From a virus, in the IMG/VR virus record IMGVR_UViG_3300038312_000193: 64,000 nt of DNA; one strand, given 5' to 3'. The notes below the pieces were generated by a model. That model worked only from the letters and a program-made list of their open reading frames with translations, did no database searches and had not been told where the DNA came from. Shown in pieces: positions 44,009 to 54,900 of this stretch. Positions within the stretch are counted from its first letter, which is position 1, and the number at the start of each line of letters is the position of its first letter. The position numbers were made by a program, and so were the translations under genes.

Positions 44009-45049
44009 TTACATTCTAATTTCTTTGCTAATTGGTGGAAACTTACTTAAATAGGCAATTGCTCTTTCTTCAAATTTTGTAAGTTCTCTTACATTATACC
44101 ATCCTTTTTCACTTTCAAACATCTGCCAATATTTTTTACCTGTTTCTTTATCTGCTGTTGCCAGCCCACCCTTTTCTAACCCTTTTCCCACAACATAATT
44201 CGGATTAACTGTATACCCAAAATCAAATATGTTTCTACATTGGAATTGTGCTTTTTCTTCTGTTGCCGGATCAATAATTTCAACTATAGCGTAAGGATCT
44301 TTTTCTTCACCTTGAGAATAACCCTTTTTAATAATTTTAACATTCATTGTTTTCTTTTCTTCTTCGAGTTTTTGTTTTACTGCATCCTCTTCTTTTTTCT
44401 TTTCAATTCTACCTTGCAAAATATCGGTTAATTTTATTTCAAATCCAGTAACAACAATATTTTTATAACCATGATATTTGTGTGATTCTTCGTTATATTC
44501 AGGGTTTAGGACATCTCCAAGATCTTCAATTGTGCCAACAGATTTTTTAATTTTTCTTTCAATGTATTCACAAGAATTTGATACCCATTCATCACTACCC
44601 ATTACCTGTTTAATAGCTTTTTTCATAATTTCTTGTTCAAGTCCATTTAAATCTTCAGGTAAATTTCTTATCCAAGGTTGATAATGAGGCCAATCACACC
44701 CAACAATTCCAAAATGAATATTCCTTTTTCCTTCTACTAATTCATTCACTACTTGATTTATGTTTTGTTCCCTTTCTGCTTTAAATTGTTCAAAAAGATT
44801 TTTAACTTCTGTTAATATGTTCTCTGGTAGTCCTACACCATTAACTTTTTTACCTTTTATTTTTACGTCATATAAACTCATTGCATTATGCTGCGGTAGG
44901 AATTCAGAATTATAATAGTAACCTTCGGGATCATGTTTGTTTTCATGGATACCTTCAATTTTATGCGCCATAACTAATTTACCATACTGATTAAGTCTAG
45001 GATTTTTAAAATAAAATTTAATCCCTTGTTTTTCAAATTCAAAATTCAT
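44009..45049 (-). CDS. Hypothetical protein (346 aa)
   Basis: Long ORF with RBS. Confidence 0.7.
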   Translation of the reverse strand: MNFEFEKQGIKFYFKNPRLNQYGKLVMAHKIEGIHENKHDPEGYYYNSEFLPQHNAMSLYDVKIKGKKVNGVGLPENILTEVKNLFEQFKAEREQNINQVVNELVEGKRNIHFGIVGCDWPHYQPWIRNLPEDLNGLEQEIMKKAIKQVMGSDEWVSNSCEYIERKIKKSVGTIEDLGDVLNPEYNEESHKYHGYKNIVVTGFEIKLTDILQGRIEKKKEEDAVKQKLEEEKKTMNVKIIKKGYSQGEEKDPYAIVEIIDPATEEKAQFQCRNIFDFGYTVNPNYVVGKGLEKGGLATADKETGKKYWQMFESEKGWYNVRELTKFEERAIAYLSKFPPISKEIRM

Positions 45050-45509
45050 TTAAATCATTCCTTTCATTTTGTTTGTTATTCCTGTTTTACTTCCGATTTT
45101 CCTGTTGACCTTATGATTAATTATATCATGTTGGCAATATTAAAATCAAGTGTTTTTATAATATATTTATTTTATTAATTTGATATTGAGTCCAAATGTA
45201 CTTTTTATAATCTTATTACAAAAGCTTCAAAAAAGTAATTAGTATCCTTAATTTCATAGTCTGCTAAATGTGTTACTTGCCTCAAAACTTCGCCAATAAA
45301 ACCAAATGCCACTTCTTTCCCGTCAACAAAAATTGATAAATGACTAGCATTAAGGTTGTTAAAATTTATATCTCTTAGTTTCATTTCTCCTGCCTCCTTT
45401 CAACATGAAATCTCCTTTTAAATCATCATGATAAATGCCTTGTTTGATAATGTTTTTATTTTATTAATATAATTATATACTATCAATTTAATACTGTCAA
45501 CATGAATTA

Positions 45510-46268
45510 TTAACTTACTTTTCTTTTATTATATTTTCTTTTAGGTTTTCTATTTATTTCTTCAAATTGTTTGTAATCTTCGGTTAACCATTCAAATATT
45601 TTCTCAAGTCTTTCTTGTGTAAAATTTGAATTATTTTCATTATACCATTCATCTAAGGTAAACTTCCATTTCTGATCATTACAACTACCACAAGAAGGAA
45701 TACAATTATTTAACCCATCCCCTCCTTCATGATTAACATGTTCTTTATGTAAATCAATTTTTTGTGGTTCACCAGCATATATACGATAATGATTTTCTAT
45801 AGGAAGTCCACAATAAGCACATTGATAGTTAAAATATTTTTTACAAGCATCCCATTCTTGTTTGGTTATATTATGGTTTTTATGTCTTCTATCTTCATTA
45901 TATTTAATCATTTTTTCAGGATATTTTTCAAAATATCTTTCAAAATACCCTCTTTCTCTTAACCCTTTTTGAATTTTTCTTCTTGCAAATAATCTTTCTG
46001 GTTTCCTATCATATTTTCTTTGATTTTCTAATTGTTCTTCATAATTATCTCTCTGTCTTATATCTGCTCTAATAATTTCACATCTTTTACAAGATGGATT
46101 TAAACCATCTTTTTTATTTTTAACATTTGAATAAAAATATTCATTAGTACATAATAACCAATCATCTTCTTCTGGAAAATAAATTTGATGATTTACACAT
46201 TTTTTATATAAAACTCCATCTATTTCTTTATGATAATCTTCGTAATTATATTTCGTACCTCTTGACAT
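45510..46268 (-). CDS. HNH endonuclease
   Basis: CAYCG...HKEHV...NCIPSCGSCN. Confidence 0.8.
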   Translation of the reverse strand: MSRGTKYNYEDYHKEIDGVLYKKCVNHQIYFPEEDDWLLCTNEYFYSNVKNKKDGLNPSCKRCEIIRADIRQRDNYEEQLENQRKYDRKPERLFARRKIQKGLRERGYFERYFEKYPEKMIKYNEDRRHKNHNITKQEWDACKKYFNYQCAYCGLPIENHYRIYAGEPQKIDLHKEHVNHEGGDGLNNCIPSCGSCNDQKWKFTLDEWYNENNSNFTQERLEKIFEWLTEDYKQFEEINRKPKRKYNKRKVS

Positions 46269-46287
46269 TTATTATATAATCCTCCTT

Positions 46288-46584
46288 TTATACTTCTTTT
46301 AAAAATTCTCTCACATCAAAATCAAACGCTACTGCCAAATGTAACGCTTGATCAAACATAGGAATATTATTAGCGGTAGGTGCTAACCAAGAATATACAT
46401 TCGGGGAGGTATATCCTAACTCAATTATTTGTTTTGGTTTAATACCATACTCGGTTAATATTCTTTTGAGATTCTTCTTTATTACTTGCCTATCAACTAA
46501 ATTATACCGATTAATTAATTCTAAAAACTCTCTTTGTGTTTCTAATTTGTTTATCTGGTTAATTCTTGTTTCTAGAGTTTGCAT
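46288..46584 (-). CDS. XRE-family HTH regulator
   Basis: KKNLKRIL...SPNVYSWL...IPMFDQALHLAVAFDFDVREFL. Confidence 0.7.
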   Translation of the reverse strand: MQTLETRINQINKLETQREFLELINRYNLVDRQVIKKNLKRILTEYGIKPKQIIELGYTSPNVYSWLAPTANNIPMFDQALHLAVAFDFDVREFLKEV

Positions 46585-47994
46585 TATTGATACTCCCTTC
46601 TTTGCTTGTAAATTTATTATATCATAAAATTAATAAGTCCCAATATTACGGCATTTCACCTGCGACCAAACCCAGGATTTATAACGATTCTGTTATGCTA
46701 TTTTCTCAATTAACCAAACGCCTGAATGAAACCATGTTTCTTTTGCTATACCTAAATCAAAACAATCTTTAATCATTCTGGCAACATCTAAATCAAAATC
46801 GTTATCCTCTAACCAATTTCCTGCTGATCCCTCAAATACTATTTTATTATCGTTGGTTACTCTTATGTTCATCTGTTATACTCCTTTCAAATTTTATTTA
46901 ATTACCTTTTCGATTATATTTCTCCACTCTTCCACTCTTGATTGATAGGCAATTTTTTCAGCATCTTTTTTATTTTCAAATACATCAATAATCTTTAGTA
47001 CTTCGTTTTTAACTAATCCAATCACAATATAAACTTTTTTATTTTTCATTTTTCAACCTCCTGTTATTATAAAATGATTGATTTATCATGATTTTATTAA
47101 ATATATGCCTCCCACCAAACCATCTCAAAATTAAATCCTCCAATTATAACCCCACATCTATCACAATAAAATTTATTACCTTCTTCACGCAAATAATCTC
47201 TTTGTGTCCAATACGCATCCCAACAATGTTCATTTTCTATGAGATAATCTATCAATTCTTGTTTGGTTTGAAAATGTTTCCACATTATTTATCACTCCCA
47301 TTTAAATTTATGCCATACACATCTTTAACCCATCTTTTAATTGTATGACTATAATTTATAAGTCCTTCCCAATTACAAACTTCATCAAATACCTGGTCTG
47401 GTGATAATTGATTAAATATATTATCTTTACTCTTATCTGTTGCCTCTAAATCTTCTCGTTGTCTTAACTTTTTAAGAATATACTCAGGATATGCCATAAT
47501 ATATCTAACTCCTTTTCATATTTTATTGGCTTAATGCCCATTCCCATTGACAAGTAGGAGAAATTTTACCATAACCATAAGGATGATCTATTAATATTCT
47601 ACTATCAATTATTGTTTTTATATACCTTAAACCTTGGCAGTATTCTGATATTTCTATAATAGGATTATATTCTATGTTATTACGATAAAAAGTACAGTTA
47701 TGAACATTAATACCCTGGATGTAACTTTGTACTATTTCATCTTCTTTAGTAACTTCACCTATACCAATATGATTAAATTGTCCACAAGCTGAAGTAATTA
47801 TATATTTGTTACCATTGTCCTTTTCAAAAATAAAATATGCTTTCTTGTTTATGTACTGGTTATCTAACAACCAATATAAGTATTTTTTTAAATTAATCAT
47901 TTAAACCACTCCTTTATAATTTATTATAGTTATATTATAAAGGAGTGTATTCATATTGTCAACATTATTTTCTTATTGTATTTATATTTTTATT

Positions 47995-48738
47995 CTAGTT
48001 ATACATTTCACCAAATGCTTTTGCCATATAAACAGGTACTCCATTACCTATCGCTTCGTATAAATTATAAATCCATTGTCCTTTAGTTTTATTTCTTCCA
48101 GTTTTACTATTAATTTCATTTAACCATTCTTCAGGAACATTATACCATTCTTTAGGTATTATAAAACCTTGATGATAAGCACATTCTTCTAAGGTTAGTC
48201 TTCTACCATAAAATCTACTTGCTCTACGTTTATCTTTAGTGCTACCTTTATATTCTGTTGCGGTAATACACGGACAAATATCTTTAAATGTTTTCTGATA
48301 ATCACTATATATATCGGGTAATTTATAATTCCCACCAATCATTCTATTCCTATTTTGAATTGGATGCTCAAGAAATTGTGCTGCATTAAATGGTTTACCC
48401 CAGGTTGGCATTCTCCCTTGAGGGATTACATTTTCAACCCACAAAATATCTTTTTTAATATTTAAACTCCAATTAAGAAAATCTCCTGCATATTTTGAAG
48501 TTGGTTCTCCTTGTGTTCTAGCGGAACTAAATTGTTGACATGGAGGGGATGCCCAAACAGCATCAAATTCCTTTAAATCAATTTGTGTTGCATCTGCTAA
48601 AATACAATTGCCACTACCTACAAATTTACTTAAATAATGTTTCCAAGGATCAAGTTCATATCCTGTACATTCATGTCCTGCTTGTTCTAATCCTAATCTA
48701 GCAAGACCTGCTCCATCAAATAATACTGCTATTTTTAT
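47995..48738 (-). CDS. Compact C5-cytosine DNA methyltransferase, probable ATA start
   Basis: In-frame extension IKIAVLFDGAGLARLGLEQAG...WASPPCQ...WVENV from ATA at 48738 after AAGGAGG. C-terminal AIGNGVPV. Confidence 0.85.
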   Translation of the reverse strand: MKIAVLFDGAGLARLGLEQAGHECTGYELDPWKHYLSKFVGSGNCILADATQIDLKEFDAVWASPPCQQFSSARTQGEPTSKYAGDFLNWSLNIKKDILWVENVIPQGRMPTWGKPFNAAQFLEHPIQNRNRMIGGNYKLPDIYSDYQKTFKDICPCITATEYKGSTKDKRRASRFYGRRLTLEECAYHQGFIIPKEWYNVPEEWLNEINSKTGRNKTKGQWIYNLYEAIGNGVPVYMAKAFGEMYN

Positions 48739-48912
48739 ATGTATTTCCTCCTTTAATTATTATATTGTATTTTTAATGCATTAAATATTTTACACAATCA
48801 TCACTCCTTTATAAATAAAAATAGTATTAATTTCATTAGTTTTTTAAACTAAATCCACCAATACCATTAAAATATTTGGCGTTTATTATTTAATTATATA
48901 TTTATAATTAGT

Positions 48913-51900
48913 TTATTTAAAATTAACTCCTTGTTTTTTTAATATAGAAAAGATATTTTTTAACTGCCATTTTAAATTAATTCCTAATTCAATGGTCATT
49001 GTGTTATCATCCTCATCTGCAATGCTCATAAAATCCTGATATTCTGGTTGTAGTTTTAATGCTATTACATTTAGTTGTATTTGTAATGCTACATTCTTTT
49101 CATGTTCAAAAATCTTTAATACCTTTTTTGCTTTTTCTATTTCTTGTTTCAATTCATTATTTTCTTTTTTAAGTATTTCTAATTCTGTCATATTAGTCAT
49201 CTCCTTTAAAAATCGTTTATTAACTATATATATTATAGTAGCAATATATATAGATTGTCAATCACATATTTATATTATGTTTATAATTTTTATTTAATTC
49301 CTTAATAACCAGGTTTTAATATTAATAGAATACATTGTTTGAACCAAACGATTCTTCTATGCTGTTATAGGTAATTCCCATTGATAAGTATTTTCAGTCC
49401 ATTTATAACCTAATTCTATTAAGAATATATGAAAAAGTTCTTCTACCTTATCCCATAATTTTTCTTCGTTATCGGTAGTTATTTCTGCACATTTTGTGTA
49501 AATATAATTATATTGTTCATTACTTAAATTTACTTTTTCATAATCTTCGCTATTTTTGGTAGATTCTAATATTTCCGTTGCTCTTTTATTCATTATTAAC
49601 CCCACCTTTCTGTTATACATCAAATACCTATTTGGTTTACTTCCAACTGGCTACACATCCTAAATGAGATATTAAATAATCTTCGTTGGCAAATCTAAGT
49701 GTATAGCTTTTAAAGGATGTATTTTTAAATGATATTTCATTAGAATTTTTTAAATAAGTTAATTTGAAACTTGCGAAACTTCTTGATTTATAATTTCTTT
49801 TTGCAATAATGCTGTTATCTACTATTTCAAAATTATGTGATTTTACATGTTCTTTTAAGTATTCATACATTTCATTTATATTTTTCATTTTATCCTTCCT
49901 TTCAACTCATGACCAACTCTGAATTTTATACTAACACAACATTTATACACTTAGGGTAAATTTTATCTTCTCCAATGACAAGTAATGAGTACCATTTATT
50001 ATTTTTAAACCACATGCCAATATATAAATCCTTTAAAGTTTCAAGTTTCCAGTCTGTTATTATTTTTATGTTATTATTATCTGTCATTTGCAATTCATAC
50101 TCATTAAATTGTTCTTGATATTTATCGTATTTTTCACTAATCATTATATACAGTTCTTTTGCTTTGGTTTTTGATGTAAAAGGTATTTCAAAAACTACTT
50201 TTCCATCAAAGTAATGTAATCCTTGCAGTATATACGATCCTCTTTTAGAAGAATCTTTTATTATGTTAAACATACTTATATTTTTGTTCTGATAGTTAAA
50301 ACCTTTTACCAAACAATTAACTTTATATCCTGCATGATAAAATGGTTTTGTTCCTGCATATATACTTTTACCTTTAATAATATTAATTACTTCTCTAGAT
50401 ATTTCCCTTAATTCCTTTTCAGTAAAAAAATTTAAACCTTCCATTTTTAACACTCCTTCAATCTCTTTTATTCTTACTTATGCTCCATTTTCCAAAACTT
50501 AAATCATGATAAAAAAGTTATTTGGTTTTGTTATATTTAGTATATCATATCCGCAACATGAAAGCAAGTACTAATTTTATATTTTATAAATAATTATGCT
50601 ACTTTTTTGGTTTTATTGGTCTGTTTGTAATCTGCTATTATATTTACATCCTGGTTCTTTATCGGATCATGCCATAAATATTTTACTGTTAAGGCACATA
50701 CACCAATTAATATCCATCCTGCTATGGTATATAAGGTTAATATTGTTGCTGTGTTTATGTAATCCTGCGTTGTAATTATCATCCCTATCATTGTATTTAT
50801 ACCTCCTTATATAAATCCTTCCCAGGTTTTAAACCATTCTGAATAATCATAAAGTAAACCACTTTTGTTATAGCAATTTTTTATTACTATTCTGTTCCAA
50901 TTTACTTCTCCACTTTTAAATAAGTCTATAGATACCATACAATCAAGAATACATTGACGGTCTTTATAGATTAATAAGGATTGAGGTTTTAATGTGTAAT
51001 AATCTGCTACAAGTATGGCCTGTTGTAATTCTTCGGGCAGATCATCCCAATTCTCTGTAATAGTTTTTAATTGTTCTGTGGGATGTGATAAGTTAATTAT
51101 TGTTATTGACATTTGTTATACCTCCATCCGTTTTAATCTTTTTTTAATCAGATTTAATTCATCTTGAAAGAATTTAATCTGGTTAGGGTTATTTTCTTCT
51201 TGATGATATTTAATTGCTCCCTCAGTATAACCTTTACGATATAATAATTCCTCTTTGCTCAAACTTTTAACTGTGTTATATGCATATGAATTTTTATATT
51301 CAATTTTTTCATAACCTATATCATTCATTCGATATACCTCCAATATTTTTATATTAAGGTTTTTGTGCAGAACCTTTAAAACTGCTCTGTTATTGCTTTA
51401 AAACAACCTTGTATATAATCCTGTTACTGAGGTAAAAATGTCTTCTAACATATCGGCATAAACATCTTTGTATTCCTTAATGATTACAATCTCTTCATCA
51501 TAAATTTTAATTCCCATTGCTTTATACTCTGGTGTTTTACATTCAGGTTTTAAAGTCTTTTTAATTCTGCTGAATGTCAAGTTATAGAGATCAAGGCCAT
51601 TAAGTTGTATTTTAAGATACTGAGCCTTTGAATTATTCCTGGTTAGTTTGATGACAAGATATACATACCCTAAATCATCATAACCGTAATACTGGAATTT
51701 ACTGCCTGTCATTATTAAAAACTTACTACCTCCAATTTGTTGAATTATTGTTCTGTAATCACCTATTCTAATTTCATTCTGTTCTGTTATTGCCATTATG
51801 TAAAACCTCCTTATAATCCCCATTTTGCAATTTCAATTTGTGTATGTTTCCGTAGTAAGTAATTAGTACAATCTGTTATTAAACTTTTGAGCCATTTTAT

Positions 51901-54900
51901 CGCCAGTTCTTCATTCCAATCTAATTTTAATTCATAATCTTCAATTTGGTATTCGAGAAATTGCAAGGATTTTAAAACCTGTTCTACGGTCTTGTAATCG
52001 TCTGTTATTTCTCTTTGCATCATTACCTTATAAATAAAATCATCCTTTGTATATACCTGTTCTGCCTGATCATCTTTATATCTGTTATTCCATGATTTAA
52101 CATTCAAGCAATGTAAATAAAATAACTGTTCGGCTCTTTCTTCTGGAAATTCTGTATGTCTTTGTATAAATTCCATCTCACACATTCTAAACATTTGGAT
52201 ACCGTTTAGTAATCTTGTGTATCCTTTTAAATCATCAATCAAAATAACACTCATTGTTATACCTCCTTTTCTATCGCCCAATCTGTCCATGAATCTCTTT
52301 CAATCACAAATAACTGGTTGTTAATCTTTATCTCTATTCCGTCTTTTAACGGACAATCTGGTTCACCTGTAAATGTATTCCAATGATTGACATAAACACC
52401 TTTTGAATATCTATCATTTATATGTCTACTGTACAATCTGCTTGTATTCTTATCTTTGTATATCTCCCTGCAATAACCTTCTTGGTTTTCGATTTTGATT
52501 AAATCTAACATTCGCATACACTCCTTATATACTTTATTTATATTATTAATATGATTAATATATAATAAAATACATACTGTCAACATGTAATTATTTTGAT
52601 TTTTATACTTCATATTTAAAGGGATGTTACAACATCATAACACCCCTTATAACTTCTATGCTATTTCTTGTTCTCCTTGCACCTGTTCTTGTTTTCCTTG
52701 CCATTCTTCAAATAATTCCTGTAATCCATTTAACCTTCCATTAACTCTTTCTTTTTTTGTTGATCCTGCGCCACAATTATTTTTATAAGCATCTCCTGGT
52801 TTACTGTTTTTACTGTACCATGTAATGAAGTTTGTAGATTCATGTTTACTCTTTTGGGTATTTAAAAATCCTACCATAGACGTTATGTTAATCTTAGTGC
52901 AGAATTTATTATATTTATTGTTAAAGCTATCTGCTATTACTGTAAATAATTCCTCTGTGCGGTTTAATACTTCATCTGTTATTGTGTTGGTCACAAAGAA
53001 TTTTTCAACATCCTTTGCTGCAAAGGTACAAAAATCAAGTCCTGATACTAAGATAATTGATTGAAGTATAGTCATTTGTTTATCTGATTTCTTTATTGCT
53101 CCTGGTGTAAAGTGAGCAACATCGGTAAATAGTTTATGTTCTGTTATCATTCTCTTAACAAATTCTCGTACATTTTTCTTAGCTGATACTAAAGCAAGAT
53201 GCTCTTTACTTACGACTTTACCATTATTCAAACGATAAAAAATATCATTTACGATTGATTCTTCATCATCATTATCGTCAAGTTCGATAAGTTTAAAGGC
53301 CAACATGAAACTTTTGATTTCATCCTGCACTTCTTCTGGTAGTTCTGAAAATTTCTTACCAGAGATATTGAATTTTTCACCTGTAGATTCAAGTTTGATT
53401 TGTGGGAGTTCTGTAAGCTGCCATTCATCGTTAATAAAAGAGTGAATAATAGTAAGACGTTGGAGGCCATCAATAATACTGTAAGTATTCCCTGATTCTT
53501 GTTTCTCTTGTATGGCATAAATATCAGGCACAAACATTTCTAAAATAGAATGGATTAACAATGACTTATCTTCATTTTTCCATTGTCCTGCTGGTCTTTG
53601 CACAGGATTATCAAAAACTATAGTTCCTTTATTAATCATTGTGCTAACCTGCTTTACTGACCATGATAAACTTTTTCTTTGCATTCCGAACAACTCCTTT
53701 TAATTAATTTCTATCTTATGTTTATTTTATACCTTTGGTTTCATGTTGTCAACATTAAAATAAGAATAAACGATAATTATTTTTTATCCTGTTGGTTCAA
53801 GATCATGCGAAATACACCAGGAACAAAATACATCTATATTAGTTCCTATTCCTTGTTGCTGTCTTACTTGTTGGTAATTATTCCAATCACAATACCAACT
53901 ACCAGCTTTGTAATAGGTCTTAATTCCGTTTACATAGCGGATTTTTAGATTACTAGTTGACTTTGTTTTGTTGCTCTTGTTTTTTGTTCTCATTTTATAC
54001 ATCTCCTTTTTATTTTTTGTATTTTAATCCTTCTTAATATGTCGGCTCTGTCATTGTCGGCACATTAAGCAGGATTAAACCTGCTTATAATTTATATTAT
54101 TGTTATGTCAAAATTCCACTCAATACAATCCTTTGTTAAATATCCATTAATATGATCTCCTTCTCTTCCTGTTAATTTCCAGCCTATTTGTTTAAAAAAC
54201 TCATAGTATTTATAAAAATATTCATTATTTGACTTTTTAAATATTTCCCATTTTTTACCGTTTGCTTTATCTGTAATAGTTTTAATCAACATTTTTTAAC
54301 CTCCTCTTATAACTCGTTACCTAATTGTCATTTGGTTTAATTATATTATTTGTTTTGCTAATGTTTCCGTTAATGGGAATCTAACTTGCTTAAATACATT
54401 GTCGTAAAACCTTGGATAATTAATATAGTCTGGAATAATCTCGCTACCATCAGGTAATAAAACTGATTGACTATAACTGCCCAATGACTTGATGCATTCC
54501 TCAATGCTGTTATAGACTTTTATACAATCAAAAGTATTGTGTTCAATCTCATAGGGTGATCTGTTATTCCATGCCCAATCATTAATTTCTCTGATCCGCA
54601 TTTTACCATCATAAAAAGCTTGATAATGCATTATTATCCTTCCTTTCCTTCTCCTAAAATTTTACTGTACATGAAATTTGCTTTCTATCATGTTATTTTA
54701 ATGTAATTAATGCCATTCGATTAAGATCAATTGTTAATATATTGAAATGATCTAGTTTTTTAATTAAATCTGCATCATACCAGATAGGTTCTCCGTTTTC
54801 TTCAATCTCTTTTGTTATTCTGTTAATCCAATATTGCTTATTAAATACTTTAGTTTTCAATTTGTTCAACTCCTTATTTGTTTAATTCGTTATATTGATT

